From NCBI GenBank assembly GCA_002699695.2, contig PACC02000043.1:637-64636 (forward strand): a DNA stretch of 64,000 nt, read 5' to 3'. Below are positions 19,709-31,270 of the stretch, in pieces; within the stretch, counting starts at the first letter, position 1, and each line of letters starts with the position of its first letter. This stretch comes from Paracoccaceae bacterium. GTDB taxonomy: Bacteria > Pseudomonadota > Alphaproteobacteria > Rhodobacterales > Rhodobacteraceae. The notes under the pieces were generated by a model that did no database searches, was not told the DNA's origin, and saw only the letters and a list, made by a program, of their open reading frames with translations. Position numbers and translations under genes: made by a program.

Positions 19709-20491
19709 ATGAAAATAATTACTTGGAATATTAATTCGATCAGGTTACGAAGCTCCTTAATTTCTAAAATATTAGAGGAAGAAGAACCTGACATTTTATG
19801 TCTACAAGAATGCAAAAGCCCATCAGAGGATATGCCGTTTGGAGTGTTTGAGCCTTTGGGTTATAAATTTTTTGCGTGCTGGGGACAAAAAAGTTATAAT
19901 GGTGTTGCCTTTATTTCCAGGATTCCATTAGAAAATATTGAAAAGAGGAAATTTTTGGGATCAGAACAGGCTCGGCATATTTCTGCTATAACGAGTACAG
20001 GTCTAACCATCCATAATTTTTATTTTCCTGCTGGAGGTGATATTCCTGACAGAAATTCTAATGAAAAGTTTGCTTTTAAGCTTGATTATATAAAAGCGGT
20101 TGAAGAGTATTTCAGTGTCTTAGATCTTAGCAAATCTATTTTAGTTGGTGATTTAAATATAGCTCCCGAGGAACAAGATGTATGGGATCACAAGAAGTTA
20201 TTGAAAGTCGTAAGCCATACTCCAATAGAGGTGGATCATCTAAGAAGTTTAGCTAAATCGGGTCCTTGGATTGATGTATTAAGGAAAAAATATCCAGATG
20301 AAAAACTCTTTTCTTGGTGGTCTTATAGGGCAAAAGACTGGTTGGTTTCAAATAAAGGACGCCGGTTGGATCATATATGGCTTACAGAAGATCTTTTAGA
20401 TAAATGCAAGAGCTGCTATATTCTCAAGGAAGTAAGGGGGTGGAGTTCACCATCAGATCATGTCCCAGTAGTAGCCGAGTTAGTCTTGTGA
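19709..20491 (+). CDS. xthA: exodeoxyribonuclease III
   Basis: MKIITWNINSIR, LCLQE, GDLNIAP, DHIW and SDHVPV motifs. Confidence 0.9.
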   Translation: MKIITWNINSIRLRSSLISKILEEEEPDILCLQECKSPSEDMPFGVFEPLGYKFFACWGQKSYNGVAFISRIPLENIEKRKFLGSEQARHISAITSTGLTIHNFYFPAGGDIPDRNSNEKFAFKLDYIKAVEEYFSVLDLSKSILVGDLNIAPEEQDVWDHKKLLKVVSHTPIEVDHLRSLAKSGPWIDVLRKKYPDEKLFSWWSYRAKDWLVSNKGRRLDHIWLTEDLLDKCKSCYILKEVRGWSSPSDHVPVVAELVL

Positions 20492-21228
20492 ATCGTCCTG
20501 AATTTAAGGTGAAAAATAAAATCGCTACTATCACTTTACGTGCAGAAGCTAGGAAAAATGCTGTTGACCGTAAGGATTTAGATCTTATCGCCAAATTTCT
20601 AGAAAAAATAAAAAATGAAAAGCTAAGATGTTTAATTTTGTCAGGGAAAGGTGATACTTTTAGCTCGGGAATGTATCTTCAGGAGCTAAATATTGGTGAC
20701 TGGCAGGAAAACCCAATTTCTGAAGTCTGCGACTTGATTGAAAAACTACCTTTCATTTCAATATGTCTTTTAAACGGAGGAATTTATGGTGGAAGTGTGG
20801 AGCTGGCATTATCTTGTGATTTTAGGATAGGTTGTAGCTCTGTTAAACTGAAGATTCCCGCAACTAAGTTTGGAATTCATTACGGTGTAAAAGGAATTAG
20901 ACGATGTTTAGAAGCCTTTGGCTTGCAGTTATCAAGGAAGATTTTATTCTTAGGGCGGTCCTTAGATTTTAAAGAGTTAATAGACGTTGGATTCTTAGAT
21001 TACCATGCCAAGGATATTGATTCTACACATATCATTTTGGAGAGAATTATTGATGAAATTTCAGAATTGTCTTTGGATGCTATTTGGCAAATGAAAGCTA
21101 CGCTTCATGATTTAAGAAATAACAATATTAACCATTCTAGAGAAAAGTCTAGGTTTAGCCATAGTTTTAAGAGTGGAATTGTGGCGAAGCGGCTTAAGTT
21201 TTACAGAAAATCAAAAAAGGAAGAGTAA
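20488..21228 (+). CDS. enoyl-CoA hydratase/isomerase (crotonase) family protein
   Basis: ATITLRAEARKNAVD...FSSGMYL...GGIYGGSVELALSCDFRI. The in-frame GTG at 20488 overlaps the xthA stop (GTGA). The track start at 20404 would overlap xthA by 88 nt. Confidence 0.8.
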   Translation: MNRPEFKVKNKIATITLRAEARKNAVDRKDLDLIAKFLEKIKNEKLRCLILSGKGDTFSSGMYLQELNIGDWQENPISEVCDLIEKLPFISICLLNGGIYGGSVELALSCDFRIGCSSVKLKIPATKFGIHYGVKGIRRCLEAFGLQLSRKILFLGRSLDFKELIDVGFLDYHAKDIDSTHIILERIIDEISELSLDAIWQMKATLHDLRNNNINHSREKSRFSHSFKSGIVAKRLKFYRKSKKEE

Positions 21229-21245
21229 TTTAGTTTAATAATATT

Positions 21246-21866
21246 TCATTCATTAATTTTATTATAAAATTTCATTAATTCTGCTGAGACATAAAATAAA
21301 TCATCTTTGATATCAGAATTGATCCTAAGGTTTTTCAATTTTATTTCTGTCTTTTGCTTATCATTTAGGGGAATATCCCAACCTATGATTGAAATAGGAT
21401 CTGCTACAAATTTTAAAATAATCATTCCTGATCCATAATTTTTATCAATTTCCGTGATTTTCAAACTAACTTGATTTTCTAAAGTATATATCTTGGAGCT
21501 TATCGAAGGATCTAGTAAATCTAGCTCATTGTTACTAAGATATTTAAGAGGAGTTTCGTTGATAGGAAATCTTAATGGTTCAGCATTAGATCCATAGTCT
21601 ATAATTGCAAGAATCCCATGGCTGGCTAAAATTAAGTGGTCAGCTTTCTGATCCTTATATTCAATCCTCAGTTTTCCAGGTTTTTTTAATTTTATTACCC
21701 CTGATTTTTGTGTCCCATACTGGTCTATTTGCACAATTTCCGCTTCGAGTGACTGTATGCCATTAAGGTAATCTTCAATTTTTTCTATTTGATTAGCTTC
21801 TGATCCAAAAGATTGGTTGCTGTATATAAAGAAGGTTATACTAATCGATAGAAACAAATACTTCAT
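21246..21866 (-). CDS. lolA: LolA-like outer-membrane lipoprotein carrier protein
   Basis: Signal peptide MKYLFLSISITFFIYSNQSFG, a body with the KPGKLRIEY pattern, and the conserved position right after ftsK. The track start is the TTG at 21899. Confidence 0.75.
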   Translation of the reverse strand: MKYLFLSISITFFIYSNQSFGSEANQIEKIEDYLNGIQSLEAEIVQIDQYGTQKSGVIKLKKPGKLRIEYKDQKADHLILASHGILAIIDYGSNAEPLRFPINETPLKYLSNNELDLLDPSISSKIYTLENQVSLKITEIDKNYGSGMIILKFVADPISIIGWDIPLNDKQKTEIKLKNLRINSDIKDDLFYVSAELMKFYNKINE

Positions 21867-21900
21867 TAATTGGTTTAAAAAAAACATTAGTCCACTCAAG

Positions 21901-24447
21901 TCAGATTTCTGAGATTAAAATCTCTCTTTTGCCAACATGATTAGCTGGGGATACTATCCCTTGTTCTTCCATAGTTTCAACTAATTTTGCTGCTTTGTTA
22001 TAACCAATAGATAGGCGTCTTTGGATATATGAAGTAGAACATTTCTTATCTCTGGCTACTATTGCCACCGCCTGATCATAAAGGGCATTATCTCCATCAT
22101 TTTCTGGAGATATTAAGCCCATAGCTAAATCTATCTTACTTTGGGTCTCTTCATCCGGCCCATCAATTATTCCAGAAATATAATTAGGTGATCCTTGATT
22201 TTTTAGGTGGTGCACCACTTCTTCAACTTCTTCATCTGAAACATAAGGGCCATGCACTCTGGTGATCTTTCCCCCATTAGCCATGTAAAGCATGTCTCCC
22301 ATGCCAAGGAGTTGTTCAGCACCCATTTCTCCAAGGATCGTTCTACTATCAATTTTTGAAGTTACTTGAAAAGAAATTCTGGTGGGAAAATTCGCTTTGA
22401 TTGTGCCCGTAATTACATCTACTGAAGGTCTTTGAGTTGCCATAATTAAATGAATACCAGCAGCTCTAGCCATTTGTGCTAGTCTTTGTATGCAGGCTTC
22501 TATATCTTTTCCGGAAACCATCATTAAATCTGCCATTTCATCTACAATTATGACTATGAAGGGTAAGTGCTCTGGTTTAGTATTTTGATTTTCAAATTTT
22601 GGCTCGCCAGTTTCCTCATCAAATCCTATTTGAACAGTCCTGGTGAATTCTTCATTGTTACGTAGTGCCTGTTCTACTCTAAGATTATAACTCTCTATAT
22701 TTCTAACTCCCATTTTTGACATTTTTCGATATCGCTCTTCCATTTCTCCAACAGCCCATTTGAGTGCTACTACGGCTTTCTTTGGATCAGTTACTACTGG
22801 GCTCAATAAATGCGGTATTCCATCATAAACTGACAATTCTAGCATTTTAGGATCGATCATGATTAATTTGCACTCTTCCGGAGAGAGTTTGTAAAGTAAT
22901 GAAAGTATCATGGTATTGATTCCTACTGACTTACCTGAACCGGTAGTTCCTGCAATCAATAAGTGGGGCATTCTTGCAAGATTGGCAACAATCGGCTCTC
23001 CTCCAATGTTCTTTCCTAAAGCTAATGGTAGTTGGTAACTACTGTCTCCATAAGCTCGAGAAGATAGTATTTCTCTCAAGAACACTTTTTCTCTTGTGTT
23101 ATTAGGTAATTCTATTCCAATAACTGATCTTCCCGGTATAGTCGAAACACGAGTTGCCAAGGCTGACATTGATCTCGCTATATCATCAGCTAAGCTAATT
23201 ACTCTGCTTGCCTTTAGGCCTGCAGCAGGTTCAAGCTCATAAAGCGTGACAACTGGTCCAGGTTTCACTGATAGTATTTCTCCTCTAACCCCATAATCAT
23301 CTAAAACATTTTCTAGCATCCTAGCATTTTCATTTAAGGCATCATCTGACATTAAATTCTTACTTGAAGTTGTTTGGCTTTGCAGCAGAGATAGTTTGGG
23401 AGCTTCATAGGATTCTATCGCTTCTCCTAAAAAGGATAGTGATGGTTGTTCTTCATTTTTTGCAGCTTCACTTTTCAGGCCCATTCTTTTGTTAGGATAT
23501 TTTACTTTTGATCCATGAGAATGTTTATTAGGTGTTTTCTCCTGAACAGTGCTAGTATCCTCTGATTGCCAGGATGTCTCATCTTTTTTTAAGAATCCAG
23601 AATCGTTTAATCCGCCGAGAGTAGGAATTATAGCTTTATGTTCAGTTGAGTTGTCTTGCTGTGAGAAAATAGTTGGTTCAAGGCGATAGTTTACATTTTT
23701 TTCTTCCAAACTTGATGAATCAATCTCATCATAATATGTTTGTTTTTTCTTGAATAGTGAGATCAGATCTTTCTTTTTGAAATTATTATAGAAGATATAA
23801 TGGACCATTTTCATCCCATATAATAGACTACTAAAGAAAAATTTGGTCAATTTTGTTAGTTCTTTAAGGCTAGTAGCCGTAACGGCTACTGATAGTGAGA
23901 GGGTCAAAAGTGCGCAGGCTGCTGAAGTTAAACGTAAAACAGTATTAGAATCTAGAAAGGCCGCTTGTAGAATGTATTTGAGAATGGTGTCCCCAAATAT
24001 ACCTCCCAGACCGTAAGAGAAAGAAAGGTTCCATTCTGGCGACGGTGGATAAGTCGCAAGAAATATTGCTGTGGTTGCTAGCGGCAGAGGAAAAAAAATG
24101 AGCCGAATGATCATTTTTCTTTTATTTTTGTCAAATGTTAATCTCCAGCTCCATAGTAGCATTAGAAATAATAAAAATTTATAAGATAACCCTAACCCTA
24201 GGTGCAGGGGGTCTGCTATGTGGCTTCCAAAAGCCCCAAAAATATTGTTAGCAGGTTCATTTGGTATATTCCTAAATGATGGATCACCAATGTGATAACT
24301 AAACATGATCAAACCCAGACTTATCGCCATAAATAGAAAAAGAATGCTAAAAAATTGGTAAAGGATATGTTGTAACTTATCCTTGAAAGATGATGAAAGA
24401 ATGGGTCTTCTTGTTTGAGGGGAATTAACTACTGACATGGGATTCAA
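21901..24447 (-). CDS. ftsK: DNA translocase FtsK
   Basis: 848 aa; N-terminal TM segments, linker, [17 protein letters not shown] Walker [38 protein letters not shown], and a C-terminal gamma winged helix. Confidence 0.95.
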   Translation of the reverse strand: MNPMSVVNSPQTRRPILSSSFKDKLQHILYQFFSILFLFMAISLGLIMFSYHIGDPSFRNIPNEPANNIFGAFGSHIADPLHLGLGLSYKFLLFLMLLWSWRLTFDKNKRKMIIRLIFFPLPLATTAIFLATYPPSPEWNLSFSYGLGGIFGDTILKYILQAAFLDSNTVLRLTSAACALLTLSLSVAVTATSLKELTKLTKFFFSSLLYGMKMVHYIFYNNFKKKDLISLFKKKQTYYDEIDSSSLEEKNVNYRLEPTIFSQQDNSTEHKAIIPTLGGLNDSGFLKKDETSWQSEDTSTVQEKTPNKHSHGSKVKYPNKRMGLKSEAAKNEEQPSLSFLGEAIESYEAPKLSLLQSQTTSSKNLMSDDALNENARMLENVLDDYGVRGEILSVKPGPVVTLYELEPAAGLKASRVISLADDIARSMSALATRVSTIPGRSVIGIELPNNTREKVFLREILSSRAYGDSSYQLPLALGKNIGGEPIVANLARMPHLLIAGTTGSGKSVGINTMILSLLYKLSPEECKLIMIDPKMLELSVYDGIPHLLSPVVTDPKKAVVALKWAVGEMEERYRKMSKMGVRNIESYNLRVEQALRNNEEFTRTVQIGFDEETGEPKFENQNTKPEHLPFIVIIVDEMADLMMVSGKDIEACIQRLAQMARAAGIHLIMATQRPSVDVITGTIKANFPTRISFQVTSKIDSRTILGEMGAEQLLGMGDMLYMANGGKITRVHGPYVSDEEVEEVVHHLKNQGSPNYISGIIDGPDEETQSKIDLAMGLISPENDGDNALYDQAVAIVARDKKCSTSYIQRRLSIGYNKAAKLVETMEEQGIVSPANHVGKREILISEI

Positions 24448-25657
24448 TCTCTTTTGCTGTTATTAAATTTAAGGCTTTGGCTATTTTAGCAAGTCCCAAA
24501 GCGGTTTTTTCTATTGGATGAACCAATGCTACTCTGATAAAATCAGATCCTGGATTATCAGAGTGCAAACAATTTTTTGTCTGGTGAGTAAGATATGAAC
24601 CAGGCAGACATCTAATGCCATATTTCTTCCACAATGAATATGTGAATTTTTCACCATTTCCTACTTTTAACCATAGGAAGAAACCTGCCTGTAGAGGTTT
24701 GAAATTTTCCATATTTTTGAAAATTTTGTCAGCGAGTTCATATTTTTTTCGATACAAATTGCGATTTATTTTTACATGCTCTTCCTCATTCCATGCTAAT
24801 TGAGAAACTTCTTGGACTGGCATAGGTAAGGGTGCCCCACCATAGGAGCGAAGCTTTTTTATTGCACCAATATTATTCTGGCCTCCACATACAAATCCTG
24901 ATCGGAGCCCAGGTAAATTCGAACGCTTTGAGAGAGAATTGAAGCTTAGAGATTTTTCGGCATCATGATTTAGGATATTTGCGGCCTGTAATATTCCGAT
25001 AGGCTTCATTTCTCGGTATATTTCAGAATAGCATTCATCTGAAAAAATCTTAAATCCATATAATTCAGCCAGGTTAAACAAAGATTTCCAATATTTTAGA
25101 TCGGCAACTGCTCCTTGAGGATTAGATGGGGAGCATATGATAAGAATAGATGTCCTATTGAGGATTTTTTTTGGAACTTTACGAAAATCAGGCAAGAAAC
25201 AATTGTTGGGCATTGCTGGTACAAAAAAAGGTTCAGCATCAGCGGCTAATGCTGCAGCTAAGTAACACTGATAAAATGGATTAGGAATTAGAATGACAGG
25301 CTTTTCTACTGTTTTTTGATTATCACAAAGGGCTAATGTTGCATTAAATATACCTTCTCGAGAGCCATTCAACGCTACCAAGCTTGTATCAGGGTTCGGA
25401 GGGTTAATGTCATATCTATTGCTTAACCAAAGACTTATAGCTTCCAGCAATTTTCTTGAGCCAAAATTTGGGGGGTATTTATTTAACTGACTCGTGCATT
25501 TAGCTATTGCTTCTGCAACGAAAGGAGGAACTAAATGTTTTGGTTCTCCAATAGAAAAATCCAAAGGTTCTCCTAAAGGATCAATCTTATCTAGTAAGAT
25601 TCTTAACCTTGAAAAGGGATAATCCGGTAAATTACTAAACCGCTCATTATTAACCAT
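24425..25657 (-). CDS. class I/II PLP-dependent aminotransferase (DapC/AlaC-like)
   Basis: 410 aa; NPxNPxG-like SPSNPQGAV and [15 protein letters not shown] (PLP lysine context). Confidence 0.8.
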   Translation of the reverse strand: MVNNERFSNLPDYPFSRLRILLDKIDPLGEPLDFSIGEPKHLVPPFVAEAIAKCTSQLNKYPPNFGSRKLLEAISLWLSNRYDINPPNPDTSLVALNGSREGIFNATLALCDNQKTVEKPVILIPNPFYQCYLAAALAADAEPFFVPAMPNNCFLPDFRKVPKKILNRTSILIICSPSNPQGAVADLKYWKSLFNLAELYGFKIFSDECYSEIYREMKPIGILQAANILNHDAEKSLSFNSLSKRSNLPGLRSGFVCGGQNNIGAIKKLRSYGGAPLPMPVQEVSQLAWNEEEHVKINRNLYRKKYELADKIFKNMENFKPLQAGFFLWLKVGNGEKFTYSLWKKYGIRCLPGSYLTHQTKNCLHSDNPGSDFIRVALVHPIEKTALGLAKIAKALNLITAKEIESHVSS

Positions 25658-25776
25658 GACTGCCTCAAAATCGGAATCTGCGCTCCGCTCGATTGATCTT
25701 ACCTTTACTTTATGTTGAGGTCTAGCATTTTAAATGATATTATCTAAGCAGAAACCAGATAATCCAGGGTAGATAA

Positions 25777-27102
25777 TTATTTTAAATGCTCAAGTAATTG
25801 AGCAGTTTGTAATATAGCTTGGTCTTCTTGGGGTTTGCCTAGTAGCATCAAGCCGCAATTTTTTATTTCGGTAGGAATTGTTATAGAATTCAAACCTAAC
25901 AAATTGGCTATACGCGTATTTCTCAAAGCTAATAAATTAGACTTTGTAAAGTAATCTTCAGATTCAATTAAATCTTTTATTTTCGGTGGTAAAATAGGAC
26001 AGGTAGGGGCAAGCAAAGAGTCAAAACCAGCAATTTTATCTAGAAAACTTTTCCTTAAATTAGTAAGTTTTTTCCATGAAGACAGATAGACCTGATAATC
26101 AATGTTACGACCTCCTCTAAAGCGTGAAAGAATGGGTGGGTACATTTCCCCCGGGGAATCTTCAATGATTTTCCCCCAACTGCTATAGGCTTCATATGGA
26201 AAGATTGTTGATGCCAATGAAGTAGATTCAATGATTTCGGCGATCCTTGTTTCATTGATTTTTGCACCAGATTGCCTTATCTTTTCAAGAAAGTTTTCAA
26301 AGCTTTGACTAATTTCTGGACTTAAACCTTCAGTTAGAAAAGATCTATCTACTAGAAATTTTTTTGCACTAATTCTGCCTTCCGGAAGATTTTTTGGTTG
26401 TTCTCCTTTCAAGATATCATATAGGTAGCGACTATCTTGAACTGTTTTAGTTATGGGTCCAGCAATATCAAAGCTAGGACACAATTTTAGAACTCCATTT
26501 AAACTTAAATTACCGTGAGTAGGCTTAAAGCCTACCAGATTGTTCCAGGCAGCAGGAATTCTTACTGAACCACCAGTATCTGAACCAATCCCAGCAGAGG
26601 AAAGATTAAGTGCTGTTGCAACGGCAGCTCCAGAAGAAGATCCGCCTGGAGCTATTAAGTTGCTAGTCGAATTTGGGGGCGTGGCTGTTTTTGGATTTAC
26701 TCCCAGACCAGAAAAAGCAAATTCACTTAGATGGGTTTTTCCTATGCTAACTAACCCAAATTTTTGGGCGTTAATTACAATGTCTGCAGTAGTTTTTGCT
26801 ACCCTCCCTGATAGCAGAAGGCTACCACCCTCACTAGCTTTTCCTTCAATATCAAATAAATCTTTCCAATTAATTGGAATCCCGTCCAAAAAACTTTTCC
26901 TCAAGCCACTTTTTTGCCGTTTTTCAGAATCTTCAGCTTGTTTTAAGGCAGAGTCATGGAAAACTTCTGTAAAAATATTCATAGATTGGGGTTGGTTTCT
27001 AATATTATCTAAGTATTCTTCCAGAAGTGTTAGAGGAGACAGAAGATTTTCTTCAATTGCTATGGCTTGCTCTGAAATACTTTTATTAGTATAATTGACC
27101 AT
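25777..27102 (-). CDS. amidase-signature family amidase (GatA-like)
   Basis: GGSSSGAAVATA and GSDTGGSVRIPAA amidase signature. Confidence 0.85.
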   Translation of the reverse strand: MVNYTNKSISEQAIAIEENLLSPLTLLEEYLDNIRNQPQSMNIFTEVFHDSALKQAEDSEKRQKSGLRKSFLDGIPINWKDLFDIEGKASEGGSLLLSGRVAKTTADIVINAQKFGLVSIGKTHLSEFAFSGLGVNPKTATPPNSTSNLIAPGGSSSGAAVATALNLSSAGIGSDTGGSVRIPAAWNNLVGFKPTHGNLSLNGVLKLCPSFDIAGPITKTVQDSRYLYDILKGEQPKNLPEGRISAKKFLVDRSFLTEGLSPEISQSFENFLEKIRQSGAKINETRIAEIIESTSLASTIFPYEAYSSWGKIIEDSPGEMYPPILSRFRGGRNIDYQVYLSSWKKLTNLRKSFLDKIAGFDSLLAPTCPILPPKIKDLIESEDYFTKSNLLALRNTRIANLLGLNSITIPTEIKNCGLMLLGKPQEDQAILQTAQLLEHLK

Positions 27103-27195
27103 GATTAAGTGCCCATTAATGGATTGCTAATTCTATCTTTATTAAAACTATTATTTGTGTTTTTACAACTATTTCCATAACAGGCAAAAGAGAGA

Positions 27196-28425
27196 ATGGC
27201 CCAAAAAAAGACTAATGTAGTTATAATAGGGGGAGGGATAGTTGGAAGCCTATTGGCATTGATTCTTGGATTGAATGGATTAAAAGTTGTTTTGATTGAG
27301 AAACAATCCTTAGATGACCTTAATTCGAATTCATATGATGGAAGATCTTATGCATTAAATGCTGGTTCTATGAAATTATTGGTTACTTTGAATATTTGGG
27401 ATAAGATCAAAGAGAAAGTACAAATTGTTTCTAGGGTTTTATTACAGCAAGGTGCTGTGACGACACAACCTCAGCCCTTCGATTTGAATTTCTATGATTA
27501 TGAGACAGATAATGGCCCCATTTTTTACATGGTTGAGGATAGATTTCTTAGAAAGGTGATTTTAAGAAAAGTTAGAGAGTGTTCAAATATTAATCACTTA
27601 ACATCTAAGTCTGTTAAAAGGCAAAATATCATAGATAGCTTAATAGAGATTACTTTAGACGATACGCAAGTTATCAAAGCTGATGTTGCTATTGGTGCGG
27701 ATGGATTTCCGTCAAGATCTGCTAAAAGGGCAAAAATAAAGAGATTTGATCAAAATTACAACCAGTCCAGCATAGTTGGTGTGGTTAGACACGAGAATAA
27801 CCACAATGATGAAGCATTTCAGCTTTTCTTACCAGCCGGGCCATTGGCAATCTTACCACTGATTGGAAATAGGTCTTGTTATGTTTGGACTATGAGCACA
27901 AGTGAAGCAGAAAGAATTCATGAATTAGATGAAGATTTATTTTTAAAAAGACTAGTAAAAGTTTTTGATAACCGAAGAGGAAAAATTGAATTAGATACGC
28001 CCAGCAATATTTTTCCAATTTCATTATCCATTGCTAACAAATTGGTTGATGAGAAATTCGCTCTGATTGGTGATTCAGCACACAACATTCATCCCATTGC
28101 TGGACAAGGTCTGAATCTAGGAATTAGGGATGTTGCCTGCTTATCTGAAATATTAATTTTGGCTAGAAGGAATGGAGAGGACATTGGTGCAGTAAATGTT
28201 TTAAGACGATACTCTAAGTGGAGAAACTTTGATATTTTTACTATGGCTCTTTTCACAGATATGGCAAATAAGGTTTTTTCCAATGATAATTTTCTGTTAC
28301 AAATTGCACGGGGAATATCGTTTGATTTTATCAGTAAATCTCCTATTCTAAAGAGCTATTTGATGAAAGAAGCTTCTGGTTTTGTGGGAGATATACCAAA
28401 ATTATTACAGGGGCAAGATATTTGA
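27196..28425 (+). CDS. UbiH/UbiF/VisC/COQ6-family FAD-dependent ubiquinone-biosynthesis hydroxylase
   Basis: VVIIGGGIVGS, GADG and LIGDSAHNIHPIAGQGLNLGIRD motifs. Confidence 0.85.
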   Translation: MAQKKTNVVIIGGGIVGSLLALILGLNGLKVVLIEKQSLDDLNSNSYDGRSYALNAGSMKLLVTLNIWDKIKEKVQIVSRVLLQQGAVTTQPQPFDLNFYDYETDNGPIFYMVEDRFLRKVILRKVRECSNINHLTSKSVKRQNIIDSLIEITLDDTQVIKADVAIGADGFPSRSAKRAKIKRFDQNYNQSSIVGVVRHENNHNDEAFQLFLPAGPLAILPLIGNRSCYVWTMSTSEAERIHELDEDLFLKRLVKVFDNRRGKIELDTPSNIFPISLSIANKLVDEKFALIGDSAHNIHPIAGQGLNLGIRDVACLSEILILARRNGEDIGAVNVLRRYSKWRNFDIFTMALFTDMANKVFSNDNFLLQIARGISFDFISKSPILKSYLMKEASGFVGDIPKLLQGQDI

Positions 28426-28434
28426 CTGCAACTA

Positions 28435-28989
28435 TTATCGAGGACTTCGCTTAGCTAATATTCTTTGAAGTGTTCTTCTGTGCATGCTTAACCGTCTAGC
28501 CGTTTCCGAAACATTTCTGTCACAAAGTTCAAAAACTCTTTGAATGTGTTCCCACCTTACCCTGTCAGCAGACATAGGATTTTCTGGAGGTGGAGGTTTT
28601 GATCTTTTCGTCGAAAGAAGGGCTGCTGTGATGTCTTTTGCATCAGCTGGCTTTGCCAGATAATCAACCGCACCAATCTTTACGGCTGCGACTGCTGTGG
28701 CGATCGCTCCATAACCAGTTAAAACAACTATAGAAGAATCAGGGCGGTTTTTCCGAATTTTCTCAACTACATCCAGCCCGTTTCCATCACCTAATCTAAG
28801 ATCGATAATAGCGTAAGCAGGGGGGTTTTTTTCAACATGACTGAGACCTGCTTGAACACTCAACAGAGTATTTACAGTAAAACCTCTTCTTTCCATAGCT
28901 CTACTGAGAGTTCTAGTGAAAGGTTCATCATCATCTAAAATTAATAAAGTGGGATCAACCCCGAGATCAATTTTCTCAACTAGTTCCAT
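28435..28989 (-). CDS. regA: redox response regulator RegA/PrrA/ActR
   Basis: Receiver domain (LLILDDDEPF, IIDLRLGDG, KPAD) plus the near-invariant C-terminal HTH NVSETARRLSMHRRTLQRILAKRSPR. The ATG at 28989 gives the usual ~184 aa. The track start at 29076 would overlap senC. Confidence 0.9.
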   Translation of the reverse strand: MELVEKIDLGVDPTLLILDDDEPFTRTLSRAMERRGFTVNTLLSVQAGLSHVEKNPPAYAIIDLRLGDGNGLDVVEKIRKNRPDSSIVVLTGYGAIATAVAAVKIGAVDYLAKPADAKDITAALLSTKRSKPPPPENPMSADRVRWEHIQRVFELCDRNVSETARRLSMHRRTLQRILAKRSPR

Positions 28990-29041
28990 GTAAATCGATA
29001 TATGGTCAAATGTGATATTTTCAAGTTGAAGCAAAATCTTC

Positions 29042-29698
29042 TTATGAAATTTTTCTACTAGCGCCTTTATTTTCAATAATACATTTTATGGTATCAGCTA
29101 TTTTTTGGGAATTTTCTTTTCTTGTGAAGTAGGTTTGCACGCCATCTTGGGGCAAAATGAAATATGAAAAGGTACTATGATTTACGGTATAGTCTTTTGA
29201 TGAATCATCAGGAATTTCTGAATATACCTTGTAGATATTTTTTACTGAATCTATTTGCTCTTCTGATCCAGTAAATCCAATCATATTTGGGTGGTGAAAA
29301 GATGTAAAATCCTTTAATCTAGTAGGGGAATCTCTTGCTGGATCGACTGAAATAAAAAGGGGTTTTATTTTTATATTCTCTTGGTCTAGTAGCTCGACTA
29401 CTTCAGAATTTCTCATCAAATCAAAAGGACAAATATCCGGGCAGTAGGTATAACCAAAATATAAAAGACTTGGGCTATCAAGAATAGAATGACTAGAAAC
29501 TTTTAACCCTTCTTCATCAATCAGGTAGAAGTCTCCTTGGAAAGATTTGAAAGTGCTTGCATTTGAATTTAGGTTGCATTCGGTTAGTTCATTTATTACT
29601 GATTCCCTTTTAGAAACTAAAAAAATGGTTAGACTTGCACATAAAAGCAAGGACAAGCTAACAGCTACAAATTTAGAATTATTATGCCTTCCCATCAT
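29042..29698 (-). CDS. senC: SCO1/SenC/PrrC copper chaperone (thioredoxin fold)
   Basis: N-terminal membrane anchor and the FGYTYCPDICP CxxxC motif. It lies immediately upstream of regA and divergent from regB. Confidence 0.85.
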   Translation of the reverse strand: MMGRHNNSKFVAVSLSLLLCASLTIFLVSKRESVINELTECNLNSNASTFKSFQGDFYLIDEEGLKVSSHSILDSPSLLYFGYTYCPDICPFDLMRNSEVVELLDQENIKIKPLFISVDPARDSPTRLKDFTSFHHPNMIGFTGSEEQIDSVKNIYKVYSEIPDDSSKDYTVNHSTFSYFILPQDGVQTYFTRKENSQKIADTIKCIIENKGASRKIS

Positions 29699-29813
29699 TT
29701 TTTTTTAAAACCTTTTTTAAGTATTTGAGGGTTAGATTATTTTGGAATCGGAGAACTGATGAGTTTATTGATTTAGGTTTCTTTATAAAGCTTTTTTTTG
29801 ATTGGACTAGGTA

Positions 29814-31211
29814 ATGAATAAAAAAATTGTAAGATCTTTTACCAAATCTGCCAGGGGTGATTGGATAAGATTATTAACACTAACCTACTTGAGGTGGTTA
29901 GCAGTATTTGGTCAGCTTTTGGCTCTTTTAGTTGGATATTATATTTTGCACTTGGATTTTAATCTAATGGCATGTCTCGGATTAATTCTGTTGTCCTCAC
30001 TACTTAATATAATTAGCACCATTTATTTTCCTAAAACAAAACGGTTGTCTGAGTATCAAAATATGCTCTTACTTTTATACGATCTCCTGCAGTTGGGATC
30101 CATGTTGTTTTTTACTGGTGGGTTGACCAACCCATTTTCTGTTTTGATACTAGCCCCTGTAATAATATCTGCCACAGTCCTAAATTTAAGATTCACCATT
30201 TTGCTTGGAATTTCTGCCGGTGCTCTTATTACTATCCTTTCAGGATTTTATATTCCCCTTAGAAATCAATTTGGAGAAGTATTAGAACCTCCTTATTTAC
30301 TTTTGATTGGCAATTGGCTGGCTCTTTCGATAGCTATACTATTCATAGCTGTTTACTCTCGAAGAGTTGCTACAGAAACTTTTTCGATGTCAAAGGCTCT
30401 TCAGGCAATGCAAATGGCTTTAGAAAGAGAATATAGATTAACCTCCTTAGGTGGGATAGTAGCTGCAGCAGCGCATGAGTTAGGCACCCCACTAGCGACA
30501 ATTAAATTAGCTTCCACAGAACTTCAGCATGGTTTTTCTAATATGAAGGAGCTTAATCAAGATTTAAATTTGATCAGTATGCAAGTAGATAGATGTAAAG
30601 AAATCTTAAGCAATATTGGTAGGCGCGGTAAGGAAGACATATTTTTGAGAAACATGCCAATTATGATTGTTTTGCAAGAAGCTGCTGAACCATATCTGGT
30701 AGAAAATAATAGAGTCTTTTTTTCACTAAATGGTAACACTGGCCAGGATCTGGAAAATTTTAACAAAGATTACCAACCCTTAATTAATAGAAAACCAGAG
30801 TTGATATATGGACTTAGAAATATCATTCAAAACGCTATACATTTTTCTACTAGGACTGTTTTTCTAGATGTTAAATATGATAGTAAAACAATCATTTTTC
30901 AAATTTCAGATGATGGAGACGGGTTTCCAGCGCATCTTTTGGATAGAATAGGTGAACCATTTTTGATTGAAGGAATTGAAGAAGAATATTTTGATATCAG
31001 TAGGCCCCATTACGAAGGTATGGGATTAGGTTTGTTCATAGCAAAAACGTTGCTTGAACACTTAGGTGGTATTGTCTCATTCAAAAATAAGGGTGGGAAT
31101 AGTAGCCATAATAAAGGTAGAAAAGAAATTGTTCTTAATAAAGAAAGTTCTGGTACAGGTGCTGTTGTCACGATTCAATTTGATAGGAGTGATCTGGAAG
31201 AAAAAACCTAA
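29814..31211 (+). CDS. regB: redox sensor histidine kinase RegB/PrrB/ActS
   Basis: Six-TM N-terminus with the GGLTNPF (GGxxNPF) quinone-site motif at nt 30117-30137, H-box AAAHELGTPLATIKL, redox-box VDRCKEIL, and a G-box ATPase domain. Confidence 0.9.
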   Translation: MNKKIVRSFTKSARGDWIRLLTLTYLRWLAVFGQLLALLVGYYILHLDFNLMACLGLILLSSLLNIISTIYFPKTKRLSEYQNMLLLLYDLLQLGSMLFFTGGLTNPFSVLILAPVIISATVLNLRFTILLGISAGALITILSGFYIPLRNQFGEVLEPPYLLLIGNWLALSIAILFIAVYSRRVATETFSMSKALQAMQMALEREYRLTSLGGIVAAAAHELGTPLATIKLASTELQHGFSNMKELNQDLNLISMQVDRCKEILSNIGRRGKEDIFLRNMPIMIVLQEAAEPYLVENNRVFFSLNGNTGQDLENFNKDYQPLINRKPELIYGLRNIIQNAIHFSTRTVFLDVKYDSKTIIFQISDDGDGFPAHLLDRIGEPFLIEGIEEEYFDISRPHYEGMGLGLFIAKTLLEHLGGIVSFKNKGGNSSHNKGRKEIVLNKESSGTGAVVTIQFDRSDLEEKT

Positions 31212-31270
31212 TTTTTCCAAAATGATTAAAAAGTATAAAATAAATATTGTATATTTGATTGAAAATCCGA

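Noticed and set aside
26540-27094. 184-aa plus-strand ORF, together with similar long antisense ORFs at 7782-8225, 9801-10205, 34395-34808, 47511-48023, 59530-59949 and 63302-63667
   Set aside because: Each is fully embedded antisense in a gene with strong family motifs (amidase, livF, livM, folC, pnp, petC, gabD). They have no recognisable domains and no start context, so I treat them as shadow ORFs.
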